Below, in pieces: positions 1 to 14,175 of a stretch of DNA of 64,000 nt. This DNA is from Eledone cirrhosa (lineage: Eukaryota): the NCBI GenBank assembly GCA_964016885.1, contig OZ024746.1:27218001-27282000 (forward strand), read 5' to 3'. Within the stretch, counting starts at the first letter, position 1. Every line of letters begins with the position of its first letter. A program made the translations under genes and the position numbers. The notes beneath the pieces are model-generated. The model had not been told where the DNA came from and searched no databases. It saw only the letters and a list, made by a program, of their open reading frames with translations.

Positions 1-322
1 TTCTTTTTTTCTCTCTCCCTTACATATCATCTTCTTCCAACAGTTTAATTTAAATAAACCGTTATCTTTTCAACTTTTCTGACACTCATTTGCATATTCA
101 CTGATAACTTTATATTACCCTCAATAAAATTTTAACTCCACTATCCAGGAAGCTCCAACCGTTAAGGTTGTCTTTTTTTCCGGTTATGTCAATATTTATT
201 TATAAAACAAATCTGTATTGTATCTGAGGAAAGCGCACCATAATTTGCCTTGGTTGCCCTTGAAATATATATAATAAAATAAATATGGTTTTATAAATAT
301 AGTTTCCATTTATTAATATATT
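1..322 (+). mobile_element. 3' end of HHR-bearing Penelope-like/retrozyme element, family A (truncated by window start)
   Basis: Similar to 19600-19905 (ctcatttgcata, cactatccagg, aaccgttaagg) and shares the tail ataaatatggttttataaatatagtttccatttatt with 60496-60531; ends at (TA)n. Confidence 0.65.
216..281 (+). ncRNA. Type I hammerhead ribozyme motif (family A)
   Basis: Stem I TATTGTAT/ATAAAATA; core CTGAGGA 224-230; stem II AAG..CTT; GAAA 262-265; short stem III TATATA; AUA cleavage triplet. Confidence 0.75.
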
Positions 323-601
323 GTATATATATATATATATACAGTATTTTCCGTAGTGTTGTAATATGAATATTACACACAGTAGATGGACAGCTCACGT
401 AGAGTTTGCTAGACGGTTCCAGTTTAATACGTTATGTAACTGTTATTGAAACACGTGTCAATAAATTCCTTTTAACTGAACTGTATCCATTTAAATCCTT
501 CTATATATATATATATATATGTATGCATTTCTGTATATATGTATGTATATATGAATGTATGTATGAATATGCGATTGTATATATGTATGTATGAATATAT
601 G

Positions 602-713
<112 letters not shown>

Positions 714-806
714 CATATATACATGCGTACATACATATACACATGCACACACACGCCTAGATACATACACACATACATATACATACATATATACATACAT
801 ACGTAT

Positions 807-1190
807 ATGGTGGCTGCCAACTGGGTTTTCGAGTATGGCCACTACTTTATATCCATGTAGGAGAACCCCTACCCATGCGCTGAACAAGTGTGACTTTTTA
901 GTCCAACCAGCGACTTGAAAACTCTGGTACAAACACTACTCTTGTGACAATTATTGACACATAGTGCTGGGCCCATGGTATGTGACGACAAGTGCAGAGA
1001 GATCTCCAGATATAAAGCAATGCCTGTGCCGTAAAGCTTTTATAGTGAGCAAAGGCACTGCACAAAGCCAGTCCCACTCTCTTAACCAAGATGATATTTA
1101 CCCAAAAGAAGAAGAAGTCAACATCATTGGATATCATCAGGGTTGCAGGTGTTATATCAGAGTTTTCCTTCTCCTAGAATTCTGCGTTGA
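807..1190 (-). mobile_element. Non-autonomous retroelement (RTE-related family), 5'-truncated copy
   Basis: Near-identical to 26623-27015 and, inverted, to 10997-11239; flanked by ATAC/TA microsatellite. Confidence 0.7.
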
Positions 1191-1251
1191 CATACGTATA
1201 TACATACTTACTTACACACATACATATATTTATACATACACACACACATAA

Positions 1252-1294
<43 letters not shown>

Positions 1295-1556
1295 CGGAAA
1301 AAATGAAACGAAATTTCATTTCCCACTCTTAGTACGGCTGTTACTTGAATATAAGTATGTATACGTACATACATATATGTATACAGATGTAGAGTAGTAT
1401 GTATATATATATACATAAATGCACACATATATATATGTACGTATGGATTCACCGAACATTTATTATAATGCTCGGTGTGTTTGTAAACAAACATCCCGTA
1501 TTAAGCTGTAGTGTCTAGCAACCATCGTTGCTCGTTTGTTCAACACTGACAAAGGA

Positions 1557-1599
1557 ACGCTGTACTAGTTTCAAGCTTATTAGCAATCGTCAGCAACGT
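1557..1599 (-). ncRNA. Type I hammerhead ribozyme motif (family 1)
   Basis: Reverse strand reads ACGTTG-CTGACGA-stem II-GAAA-CTAG-TA-CAGCGT. Confidence 0.8.
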
Positions 1600-1841
1600 A
1601 TACCTTCCTGCCAGATGATTGAATGTCTGAAAGTATATACTTTCCATATGCATATTAACGGCTGAGCAGCCTAATCTGCATATCGAGTGGGCAATGAAAT
1701 TTCGTTTCATTTTTTCCGTTCATCGTTTTCGGTGCACCCAGCCGATTAACCCACTCGATATGCAAACTAGGCGGCTCAGCCGTTAATATGCATAAGGAAA
1801 GTATATACTTTCAGACGTTCAATCATCTGGCAGGAAGGTAT

Positions 1842-1884
1842 ACGTTGCTGACGATAGCTAATAGGCTTGAAACTAGTACAGCGT
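1842..1884 (+). ncRNA. Type I hammerhead ribozyme motif (family 1)
   Basis: Stem I ACGTTG/CAGCGT; CTGACGA 1848-1854; stem II AGCT-AATA-GGCT; GAAA 1869-1872; palindromic CTAG; GUA triplet. Confidence 0.85.
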
Positions 1885-2087
1885 TCCTTTGTCAGTGTTG
1901 AACAAACGAGCAACGATGCTTGCTAGACACTACGGCTTAATTCGGGATGTTTGTTTACAAACACACTGAGCATTATAATAAATGTTCGGTGAATCCATAC
2001 GTACATATATATATATGTGTGCATGTATGTATATTTATATACATACTACTGTACGTCTGTATACATATATGTATGTACGTATACATA

Positions 2088-2172
<85 letters not shown>

Positions 2173-2191
2173 ATATATATATATATATATA

Positions 2192-2383
2192 TAACAAAGG
2201 AGTTATGGTAAGCAACCAGTTGGACCATAACGCATCAGAGTACTCAATACTTAGGGTAGTAGAGTGGACAATAAGAAAATGTATGACCTCGACAGCAGAG
2301 CTCAAGCCGTTTGGACGGCTATTTCTGGTCCAGAAATAGCCGTCGAAACGGCTTGAGCTCTGCCGTCGGGGGTGATACATTTT

Positions 2384-2388
<5 letters not shown>
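2192..2388. mobile_element. TA-inserted hairpin element, family H (carries the 3' half of an HHR)
   Basis: Palindrome centred at 2329; related copies at 18398, 28486, 58685, 59481, 60015; GAAA-CGGC-loop-GCCG-TC stem III. Confidence 0.75.
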
Positions 2389-2458
<70 letters not shown>

Positions 2459-2486
2459 GAGTGTGTGTGTGTACAGAGCGAGAGAT

Positions 2487-2519
<33 letters not shown>

Positions 2520-3165
2520 AGAAAGGGAGTGAGAGAGTGAGAGAGAGAGATAGATAGTTAGAGAGAGAGAGATAGAGATAGAGAGATATTGAGAGAGGGG
2601 CATAGAGACAGAGAGAGAGAGAAACGTAATATAGGCAAATATAAATAAACCATAATATACTATGAAGTTTATCTATGAAAGTTATTTTAGGTAAACTGAT
2701 GTATAATTCTTTTGTATCAATTTTACTTGATAAAACTTTCCAAGTAAATTATGTCTATATTGCGAACGTTCATGTCTGCTGCATCAGCCTACATACACTG
2801 TATGTATGGTAATGTGTGGTTTGATACTCTCTTTCGAACGAAGATTCAAGATGGAAGGCGTCCACATCTGCCGCTGTCACACACTAATGAGTGATGCACC
2901 ATCACTAAAGACAGGTTTTATACGAGAGAAGCCTCAAGTGAATTACCGGTTAATGATATAAACTGGAGTTTCTCAGCTTTTCGTTTGTCTTCTTACTGCG
3001 TTTCATATTTGTTATCTGATAGTTAATATTTTCTTTTTTCAAACAAGGAATTTATATGTTCAGGTTGATAATCATCGAATCGTTGGCTCGTGTTATCCAA
3101 TTGCAATGGATCTTCCGTTGGTTTCGACGATGAGCCTTGAACTGAACATCTCATCTATTAAATCA

Positions 3166-3352
3166 GTGGAGGTTTGGCAGTATCGGTAGAGCGTCAGACA
3201 CCATGTTTTGCAGCATAGTTATGTCCGTTTCCATTCTGAGTTCAAATCCGCCGAGGTTAACTTTGCCTTTCATCCTTACGAAGTCGATAAAATAAAGTAC
3301 CAGTGATGCACTGGGGTAATCGCTGGTCTTGTGCCAAAAGTAGAAACTCTAT
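3166..3352 (+). mobile_element. tRNA-derived SINE (~190 bp, main family)
   Basis: A-box-like TGGCAGTATCGG, B-box GAGTTCAAATCC, body ctttgcctttcatccttacggggtcgataaaataaagtacc; many copies in window. Confidence 0.85.
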
Positions 3353-3796
3353 TAAATCAGCATGTAATTGGTTGAGTTGGACCTTTTAATTGCATTGCAG
3401 GTACACTCCATCTTGAATTATAATATAAGTGGTTGAGTATTCCATAGACACGTGTAGCTTTAATGTAATTCTCAAACCAAATTAATGTGACATAATATGT
3501 GATAAGGCTGGACCACTGCATTACAAGTTGAGTCTTTCAGACGGGTTTCCCCATGATATCCGTCTATCAAATGTCACACACATAAAATGGGTCAATCCGA
3601 GTCTATGATAAAGACTCTTGCCCAATATACTATGCAGTGGTATTGAAATGCCGACCTCATGATTGCGAAATGAGCTTATCAATTACAATAATTGCAGTAA
3701 GAGTAGTAGTTGCACATAGTGGCAATGAGGAAAAATATATATGTGAGATGCTAAAAATATCATTCTTATACCGTAATGTCTACATGGATACATTGA

Positions 3797-3989
3797 ATAA
3801 TTGTTTCTACGTTAGGCACAAGGCCAGAAAATACCCAGTACATTACTGGTACTTTATTTTATCGACCCCCGTAAGGATGAAAGGCAAAGTTAACCTCGGC
3901 GGGATTTGAACTCAGACTGGCAAGGGCCGTAACTCTTTGCGTCAAGGCATGGCGTCCGACCCTCTACCGATACTGCCAATCCACCGCCT
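3797..3989 (-). mobile_element. tRNA-derived SINE (main family)
   Basis: Reverse-complement full-length match to family consensus. Confidence 0.88.
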
Positions 3990-4644
3990 TGAGTAATGTC
4001 GACCTCGGTATACTAAATGATGGAATGGTCACGACTGGAATGACTTTCTTAATAGTTTCTTTGCAATATTTCAAAAGACAGAAAAGAAAGAGAAGACCCG
4101 CAACTAATTCAATATACAGCGAGGCGTAACGAACAGAAGCTCAGCTGGAACCTCTCGCTATAAAATATCATTCCTAAAACTTCGAGTAAATTAAAACTCG
4201 TCCCAGTTCACAGAAGATAATTAAAATTTGGTCGTAAATCTAATATCGTTTAAGAGAATTACAATAATGATTCATCGTGACTGACTAAAATTGTTCTTAC
4301 TTCTGTCTTAGTTAAACAAAGAATGTATCTGGATAAGATAATGAGTTCATTCTGAGAAAAGCTGAACAGACAAATATTTTATTACTTCAAACATATTGAT
4401 TTTCTATCATGTAGACTTTCTATTTGGACATAGATAAATGATAGAATGAAGGATTTATGATGTTCATGATGTTACTAAGGATATTTAACACGGGCGAAGG
4501 ATGCGAGTGAGTGATAGCTTACCTCTTGTTAAAATATACCAGTCAACTCAGATAACTGTTCTAATAGAAACGTTCTTTCGCCCATGCTTGCACAGATTAG
4601 AAGTCCAGAACGTATCGCCCTCTTCATTGGTCTTAAGCCACTGT

Positions 4645-4960
4645 CAGTAGCAGGGAGGTGACATCAGTCCGTTACAGGGCTAACCCTTTACTCCTCAACT
4701 GATAGAGCGGGGACAACAATCGGTCACAGAACTAACCCCTTATTTCCGCTGGTAGGGAGGGGACAATAGTCGGTCACAGGGCTAACTCCTTATTCCTCAA
4801 CTGATAGGTAGGAGACAACAGTTGGTTACACCACAGGCTACCAAACATTGCTCTGGCATGAAATTAGACCCACCACAGGGTACAACATATTGATCTGATC
4901 TAGATTTAGAGCTCTTACATGAGTAGAACATATTGATCTGACATGGAATTAGATCACCTC
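4645..4960. repeat. Degenerate minisatellites (~51-bp then ~42-bp units)
   Basis: Repeated gggacaacaatcggtcacag.gctaac motif, then aacatattgatctga motif. Confidence 0.6.
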
Positions 4961-5747
4961 CTTATGATCGTTGGTGAAAACACGAGGCAATGTGTCATCG
5001 TCATCACATAAGATCTAACAACAACAGCAGCAAAAACGAAGTAAAAATTATATAATAAATAGAATTCCCGAAAGAGCCCGATGATATAGAAAGGTTATAA
5101 ATCTCTCGCCATTGAAACTATCAGGTGGTATATTATTTGTTATTTTTCATTATATTTGAGTAATTATCACCGTTGAGAATGTGTTTTAAAAATATTGGCT
5201 CTAGCAAACAGTGTGGTCACGAAGAAAGGTGATTAATTACAACGAATGGAAAACGAAAAACATTTGAAAATATATAAAAACAACAACAACAACGACAACA
5301 ACAACATTTAATTAGCTGGCAGATAGATACTGTTAAGATACGTATCTCTTTCGTGTGCAATCACCTCTTAGGTTCAAAATTATGAAGAATTACAGTTTAT
5401 ATAGTGAGAGGCGTGATGGGATTACGTTAAGTAGGCAAGGAAACGGTAATTTTAATAATAATAGGACAGAAACACATACACACACACGCACACAAACACC
5501 CACACACCCACATCCACACATACACATATATGTATGTATTACCATCAATAAGATTTAATGAAACACAATGGAGCCAAGCAGGGATGAATAACATGTACTT
5601 TAAAAGTACAGGTCACTGTATTAAAGTTGTGTTTATATAAGGACAGCTACTGCATAGCACTAACCATCATGTTTCATCACGTGGCCTTGTGTGTGACCGT
5701 GCACAAATGCAGATAATACATATATATATACACATACGTACATTTAT

Positions 5748-5834
<87 letters not shown>

Positions 5835-6458
5835 AAAGTTTGTCCTTCATCAGTGATCTTCCAACCATCATAGGCATTTCATCGCTTTAAAGACCATATA
5901 CCTCCGGTTGGTGCGAGCAACGGCTAAAAAAAGTCGTTGGGACACGTAAATAAAGGGGACGCGAGGGTAAACAAACAAAATGGTGAGGCAACAGAAAGTG
6001 AGGAAGAAAGAGACAAGTCCCAGATTTCTATGAATTTAAGTTCGGTGAAATCGTGAACGAGAGAATAAAGACCATCAAACCTGGTTGAAATGTGAGCAAG
6101 GAAGGAATTTCGCACAGGTCTAACGGGAGGAAGAAGGGGTCTGGTCTGCGAATTCGGTAAACATAAGTTCTGTGAAATCGTAGACGAGAGAGAGAAAAAA
6201 TTCCGACCAGCTTGGCCGAGAATGCGAGAGAAAAGAATTACTCACAGGTCAAACGGGAAGAAAGAGGAGGAGGAGAGGTAGTGACAGAGAATGAGTGAGT
6301 GAAGGGTGAGGAAGAGGCTAACAGAGAGAGAGACTGCTAGAAAGGGTAAAGATACATAGAACGAAAAAGACGTGTAGCAGCAGAGGGAAAAATATGTGTA
6401 AAAAAAAATATGATAATAAGGGCGCTGCAAATGGGTTACATATGAAAAAAGTTTGTCC

Positions 6459-6517
<59 letters not shown>

Positions 6518-6561
6518 TAATACAAGGACGATTTGTTAAGCCTTCATTACTTTTATTGGTT

Positions 6562-6648
6562 GGTGAAGCGCGTTTCGCTACTGATCAGATCAAGGACGAT
6601 CTGTATCGATCTAGCTCGACTCTGGAATCAAAAGCTCGTCGGCCCTCT
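6562..6648 (-). ncRNA. Degenerate hammerhead-like motif
   Basis: CCGACGA-GCT...AGC-GAAA-CGCG on reverse strand near (TA)n; cleavage triplet and stem I imperfect. Confidence 0.35.
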
Positions 6649-7213
6649 GTTATAGATGCAGTGGCACTAACATAGCATAGTTAATAAAATGGGTGTATAT
6701 GAAGGCATATACGTTATGCTTACGTACAATAAACATACAAGTGTCTCTCTAGGTACGTTTTAATCAGTAATCATGTCACAGCTATTTCAGTGACCGGTGA
6801 GAATGCAAGTGTGATATTTTTCCAGCTGAACATATTAGAGCAATGTAAAATAAAGTGTTTTATTGGAGAATACAGCATGCCAACGGCAAAGCAACTCACA
6901 ACTTTACAATCGCGAACCGAATACTCTAACCACTAAGCCACGTGTCGTCATCACAAAGAGAGTATAATTATCGTAAAATAAAGAAATATTTTCTCCTTAG
7001 AAATACTCTGACAACCAATATGAATCAAGGGTGAGGTTTGGGTGTTTTGTTCATGAGTAACACATTCTCCACAAATAGATCTTAATGAAGGATTGAACTG
7101 TAAAGGAGATCAATAATATTTTAATAATATAATTCATAATCTTAATCTAAAATAATTATGATAATTCGAAACTTTAGAGAAAAAATGAAAACTAAATGAC
7201 ACTATTCTTAACA

Positions 7214-7400
7214 GGGTGGTGGTTTGACAGTATCGATAGAGCATCAGACACCATGCTTTGCAGCATAGAGTTATGGCCCTTTACTTTCTGAGTTCAAATC
7301 CCGCCGAGGTTAGCTTTGCCTTTCATCCTTACGGGCTCGATAAAAGAAAGCACCAGTAATGCATTGGGGGTAATTGCTGGCTTTGTGCCAAAAGTAGAAA
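7214..7400 (+). mobile_element. tRNA-derived SINE (main family)
   Basis: Match to family consensus. Confidence 0.85.
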
Positions 7401-7479
7401 GAGTATTCTTAACGTTTTTGTTGGAATTAATCAAGTTCATCCTAGAACTACAGATGTAGAAATACCTGGGAACACAGGT

Positions 7480-7770
7480 CATCAGTGTCGTTTCCTGGGG
7501 TCACTGCGTGCTTTGAAGATGGGGGTGTTTCAGCATAGTCACCCTCATCGAAGTGACCTGACTACAGGACACGTCATCATTGTTTTATCCTAGAGTCTTT
7601 GGAGAGGAGGGTCTTACAACATACTCCCTCTCATCCAGGTGATCCAACTGCACGATACATCGTCAGTGTTGTATCCTGGTTTGACTGGATGTTTAGGGTC
7701 TTACAACATAGTCACCCTCATCCAGGTGATCCAATCAGTGTTATATCCTGGAGTCACTGGACGTTCAGTG
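7480..7770. repeat. Degenerate ~78-bp tandem repeat
   Basis: Repeated catagtcaccctcatccaggtgatcca and tcagtgttgtatcctgg segments. Confidence 0.6.
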
Positions 7771-8302
7771 TCACATTTCGTTTTCCAGAAACATTTGTGT
7801 GTCCTATCTGCTGCTTCCACGTTGTTCTTCATGGCTCACCTCTTCTGAAAATATTATCATTGGAGTACACTGGAATAATGAAGTTCCAATAATATTTCGT
7901 TACTCTAATATAATCCTGGATTTATCCGTTATATACAATTTTCATCAAAGAACAGTGAGAATAGAAACAGAGATGAGAAAACAAGAATGAGAAATACACC
8001 CATAGAAGAAAACATCACACCCAATATTATTTCTTGTATGTAAGAACGAAAACTTGAAAATAGAGATATTAAAGGTAGTTGGTACAAGACCTTATGCATT
8101 ATAAACTTAGGTAACTAAAAGAAATAGCTTTTTGACGTTGAGCTGTTCAATCTAATCAGAAACGTCATATGAACGAAAAAAAAAAAATTCAACAGAGATA
8201 TGCCAAGAGAATTGAAAGTCTTTTCGCAATTCAATGAACATTCGGTCTATTGGGGCGACATTAAAATAACATGTACAATTATTAGAACGTAATATAGATT
8301 CT

Positions 8303-8492
8303 TGGTGGATTGGCAGTATCGGTAGAGGGTCGGACGCCATGCTTTGCAGCAAAGAGTTACGGCCCTTTATGGTCTGAGTTCAAATCCCGCCGAGGTTAAC
8401 TTTGCCTTTCATCCTTACGGGGTCGATAAAATAAAGTACCAGTAATACACTGGGATAATTGCTGGCCTTGTGCCAAAAGTAGAAACAATTAT
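8303..8492 (+). mobile_element. tRNA-derived SINE (main family)
   Basis: Match to family consensus. Confidence 0.88.
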
Positions 8493-9170
8493 TAATACGT
8501 TTACCAGATACACTTAAATAAAAAGAAATATGTTCAGCTCTAACGACTAACTTCCAATATATATATGAAAATATAATTGCCACGATGCAGTTAACTATAA
8601 TAATAGTTGAATAAATTGGATAAAGTACCTATTGAGATGAAATAAAGTGAACAAAACGCCGACATAGAATCGAACCAGACATATCTCAGCTACCGAGCAA
8701 GCACGTTTAACCATTAAGCTAAAGGCTCCTTGGTTGCAAAATTTCCTCTTATGGGCGAATCTAGTGTGCATTTGCGTGTATGTTTGTGTGGATATGTCTG
8801 CGGCTGCGTATGTTTAATATTTTATTCAGCTTTTATCTTAATTGTTTGTTAAATACACGTATATTTGTATGTGTTTATAGAACGGGGAGATCTTCTTTTG
8901 TGTTATGTGTCATTCTCATTCTAAGATACTTTGAGGAAAATAAGTGACTTATTCTGACCACAAAACCACAATAAAACCACGATTTTCCATTGCGTTTGCA
9001 ATATTCCGAGCTTTCACCTTATTACTATGTGGCTTCTTTCTCCCATGAACTATTACTCGGAGAAATTTCATTATTTCATTTAAGCACAAATTATTCACTT
9101 TAGCACATCGCAGCAGAAATTACTTCCTTGCATATCTTGTTATCAAAAAGTACAAACTGCAGAAGCCCAT

Positions 9171-9212
<42 letters not shown>

Positions 9213-9366
9213 AAGAGAGTGAGTGTCTGTGGTGGTGGGACAGGGGAGATAAATGATCATGGGAGTACTCAATAAATGAGGAGATGCAGAGATAGGTCAG
9301 ATCCTGACCGCTTGGCAAGGCAGTCGGGATTTTACCCCCTCTCTCTCTTTGTACACACACAAACAA

Positions 9367-9407
<41 letters not shown>

Positions 9408-9964
9408 CAGATATGTATTAATATGCCAATGTTTACGTTTCTGTCGCTGATTATGTTCCATAACTTAGCTGTTCGAGAAAAAGACATTAATAAAATAACT
9501 ACCAGACCTTTCCAAAACGAACTGGAGTCGATATTATCGGTTAAATCCCTTTAAATCGATTCTCCATCATGGCTGCATTCTAAAATAAAAGAATAAAATG
9601 ACACATCTTGTTATTTATTTTTGGCATGGTATTATTTTTCTTTGTGTCAAGCATCAACTTTCAATCTATCAAAACCCATTGCTTGAGGACAGAGCTGCAG
9701 CCTACCTGCTTCCGTCTTTTCTAGTCGGAGGTCAACATATTTTCATCTCTAGTAATTTCCGCAGCCACCGGTTAATACTGTGTTTAGAGAGTTTTCTCTA
9801 TATGTGATCACGGAATGTAATGGACTTGCGTCGTTTTGAATGATTAGTGTTATAGTTATTCGTTCAACGGAACAGTCTGCATGTGAAATCAACGTTATAT
9901 GTGTCTAAGCATTTCACACACCTGTATACTTAATGCAGTTCTCAGAGAGATTCACACAACATCC

Positions 9965-10720
9965 TCGATGTAAAACTAGACACACTGAAATAATGATAAC
10001 TTATGCTGATTTTGCAGATGATATCACACTCTTATCAGACACCTGCGAAAAGCACAGCTATTGTTACTGAGGGTGGAATTAGCTATTGAAACAATTAGAC
10101 ATCACATGAATGAGAAGACGGGATATATTGCATACAATCAGAAGTGGGGTGATATTGTGTCACAAAATGGAAATTACCCGAAAAGAGTGGAGAAGTTTAG
10201 GTATCTTGGTTCGTGGATCAACATCTCAGAGAAAGATATGAGCACTAGAATCAACTAAAACTGGGCAATTGAAGACGAAATGTCATTTGGAAATCAAAGT
10301 TGAACACTAAACTAAAGATTAAGTTCTTTCGATCAACAGTTGAAAGAGTGCTTGTGTATGGAGCGGAGTGTTGGACACTTACAAAAGAGATGGAAAGAAA
10401 ATTAGACGGCGTATCTACAAGACTACCGAAAGAAGTGCAACAAGTATCTTGGAGGGAGCACAGAACAAACGAGTCTCTATAAGGTGACCTAAGACCGATT
10501 ACAGATGTCATAAAGGCTACAAGACTCGGACTCAAGTGTGGCCAAGAGACAAGGCAGAGACATTACACCTGTTACTAATATGGGAGCCCACACATGGTAG
10601 AAAGAAATGCGGTTGAACTCATGCCATGTTTCTGGAGCGGTCTTGAAAAGACAGGAATCTTGGAAAGAATGAACTCGCTGAAGCCATGCTACATAAGAAG
10701 TGGAGAAGTATAATTATCAA
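9965..10720 (+). pseudogene. RTE-clade LINE reverse transcriptase C-terminal remnant
   Basis: FADDITLLS motif, FRYLGSWI, KFFRSTVERVLVYGAECWTLTK, with stops and frameshifts. Confidence 0.85.
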
Positions 10721-10783
10721 CGTTGTCCGAGAAAACGAAATGATGATGATGATAATGTGTATGTCTTGCCTATTCTTCAACAA

Positions 10784-10943
<160 letters not shown>

Positions 10944-10996
10944 ATATATATATATATGTGTGTGTGTGTATACATATATGTATATATATATATATA

Positions 10997-11371
<375 letters not shown>

Positions 11372-11858
11372 ATATATATAATATATAAATGTGTGTGTGT
11401 ATATATATATATATATATACACCAAATAACCCATGCTATTGTACTCAGATAGATATACATCAGTTCGAAATACAAGTTTCATGTTATTAAGTTTTACATA
11501 TACATTTCTTAAACAATTAATCACTCTCCAATTCATTTTCTTTCCTTCTATTAGATATCGTGCTCTAAAAAAATGAAGAGAATGGATAAAGAAAGATGAC
11601 ATCAATGCATCCGCCATATTTTTCATATTAAATAAATACTTGCTAAGTTGCGATAATAGAATGTATTAGAAAATTAATATAAATTCTTTGCAAGCACAAC
11701 TGTTGACGTTCATATTTCTTCCCTGGTGTGTGGAATAAATGCTGAGAATGCTGAATATAATAGTTGAACGGAGGAAGAATAGAATACAACACACACACAC
11801 ATACACATACGCACACACACACGCGCGCGCACACACACACGCACACACAGACACGCAC

Positions 11859-11994
<136 letters not shown>

Positions 11995-12178
11995 ACAAAC
12001 ACACGGACACACACACACACAAGTGATAATATGAAATAAATTGTGGTTTTATATTATAAATGGACAATCTGCCGAGCTTTGCAGAATATAATTAACATTT
12101 GCGAAGGGAAGTACATACGTACACAAATCTATGTATATACAAACACACACAATCTACACCGTAACACCCTCCACACAC

Positions 12179-12235
<57 letters not shown>

Positions 12236-12271
12236 GAAATTACATGAATCAAAGTTCTGTTCAAACCATTT

Positions 12272-12323
12272 ATTCGCTTACAATTGTTTCTTCCAAACCG
12301 AGGTTTGGAGTCTTCGGAGCAAT
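12272..12323 (-). ncRNA. Type I hammerhead motif, U4C core variant (family C)
   Basis: ATTGCT-CCGAAGA-CTCCAAACCTCGGTTTGGAA-GAAA-CAATTG-TA-AGCGAAT on reverse strand. Confidence 0.72.
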
Positions 12324-12817
12324 ATTTCAATGATTGTTTACATACATGATCTCCTTTCCAACACAAGAGACATACAGAAACATATGTATATATGTACATT
12401 TTTAATATTTTAAATATTTCTCTGTACACAAGCTTCTATATCATACATATTAAAAAAATACTTTACCAATACAACCCCCATAATACTCTTGATTGTCCGC
12501 TTAAAGTGCTTGTATTACATATAACACCCTGTCGCACTATAATCTTATATAAATAAGACACACGTGCATGCCCCACGTGTAACTATTGCATACACTAACC
12601 ACTTCTAACTATCCTCTTGCATTATCTTCGTAAACTGCCAATGTTGTATTTTAACTTTAATTTTGTTTTCTTTTAATATGACTTTAATCTTTGAATGTAA
12701 ATTGCCATGCTGAAATATTATAATGGATGTCAACCCACTGTGCATCAATATATACATATGTTTCTGTATGTCTCTTGTGTTGGAAAGGAGGTCATGTATG
12801 TAAACAATCATTGAAAA

Positions 12818-12869
12818 ATTGCTCCGAAGACTCTAAACCTCGGTTTGGAAGAAACAATTGTAAGCGAAT
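12818..12869 (+). ncRNA. Type I hammerhead motif, U4C core variant (family C)
   Basis: CCGAAGA 12824-12830; stem II hairpin; GAAA 12851-12854; palindromic CAATTG; GUA triplet. Confidence 0.72.
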
Positions 12870-13066
12870 AAATGGTTTGAACAGAACTTTGATTCATGTA
12901 ATTTCTATATAACTGCTCTGTAGAACAACTGATGTTATTACATTGAGCTATTTATCTTACTGGTAATAAGGTAGTAATAAATTACTGTCTTTCACTATTT
13001 AGGGTTTAAAATATATATAACTAGAAAAGGTTTTAGTATATACATAACCATAAATAGTATCCTTAA

Positions 13067-13163
<97 letters not shown>

Positions 13164-13183
13164 CATATGAATATATATATATA

Positions 13184-13701
13184 TAAGTATGTACACGTAC
13201 ATACATATATGTATACAGACGTACAGTAGTATGTATATATATATACATACATGCACACATTCGTTTTATTTTTTCCGTTAATCGTTTTCGGTGCACCCGG
13301 CCGATTAACCCACTCGATATGCAAATTGGGCTACTCAGCCGTTAATATGCATAAGGTAAGTATATACGTTCAACAATCTCACAGGAAGGTATACTTGCTG
13401 ACGATAGCTAATAAGCTTGAAACTAGTACAGCGTTCCTTTGTCAGTGTTGAACAAACGAGCAACGATGGTTGCTAGACACTACAGCTTAATACGGGATGT
13501 TTGTTTACAAACACACCGACCATTATAATAAATGTTCGGTGAATCCATACGTACATGTATATATGTGTGCATGTATGTATATATATATACATACTACTGT
13601 ACGTCTGTATACATATATGTATGTACGTGTACGTACTTATATTTAAGTAACAGCCGTACTAAGAGTGGGAAATGAAATTTCGTTTAATTTTTTCCGTTCA
13701 A
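13184..13701 (+). mobile_element. Family 1 HHR element: ~420-bp terminally redundant monomer plus short inverted 5' piece
   Basis: ttcgttt.attttttccgtt at 13260 and again at 13679; 13184-13259 is an inverted copy of the tail; (TA)n on both sides. Confidence 0.82.
13393..13434 (+). ncRNA. Type I hammerhead ribozyme motif (family 1)
   Basis: CTGACGA-TAGCTAATAAGCTT-GAAA-CTAG-TA-CAGCGT; one stem I base deleted relative to 1842. Confidence 0.78.
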
Positions 13702-13896
13702 TATAAATATATATATATATAACTGAATAAAAAAGAAAAACGAACACAGACATATACATATATGTATTTAAATCGTATGTGACCAGATTCGCTAAGGTGA
13801 AAAGAATACTAACTACAGACAATAGGGTTTGCTAGACTCAATTTAAGAATAAATCAAGAAAAATAAATACAAACCAGAATTCTGGTAACTACCAAT

Positions 13897-13976
13897 CACC
13901 CGGACAGTTTTGATAATACTGTTTCGCAATATTAATTGTGAAGTGGAATACCAAAATTCTTGCTCATCAGCGGGTG
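13897..13976 (-). ncRNA. Type I hammerhead ribozyme (family D)
   Basis: CACCCG-CTGATGA-GCAA...TTGC-GAAA-CAGT-loop-ACTG-TC-CGGGTG on reverse strand. Confidence 0.9.
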
Positions 13977-14175
13977 TAGAATTATTAGCATCCTGGTCAC
14001 TTCTAAGTATATTAAAAAACTGGATAGTGTGCGTATATATAACGCACATGGTGCCAGAACTTAGCGTGTCTCGCAAACTCACGCCACTAAAAATAGCAGC
14101 CGGGTTTACTCGACATTTGAATTAGCTCGACAGTTTTTTAATATACTTAGAAGTGACCAGGATACTAATAATTCT

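Larger units (their letters stand above)
1291..2090. mobile_element. Fold-back HHR element, family 1 (inverted arms ~1291-1691 and ~1693-2090)
   Basis: Arms are reverse complements over ~350 bp, both end in (TA)n; one HHR per arm; third copy at 13260-13701. Confidence 0.85.
12229..12912. mobile_element. Fold-back HHR element, family C (arms ~12229-12392 and ~12750-12912)
   Basis: ~160-bp inverted arms, left end at (TA)n, HHR in each arm. Confidence 0.8.

Noticed and set aside
8655-8730. tRNA-like sequences here, at 16286-16353 and near 32590-32650
   Set aside because: A/B-box-like motifs without a full cloverleaf; likely SINE heads or decayed pseudogenes.
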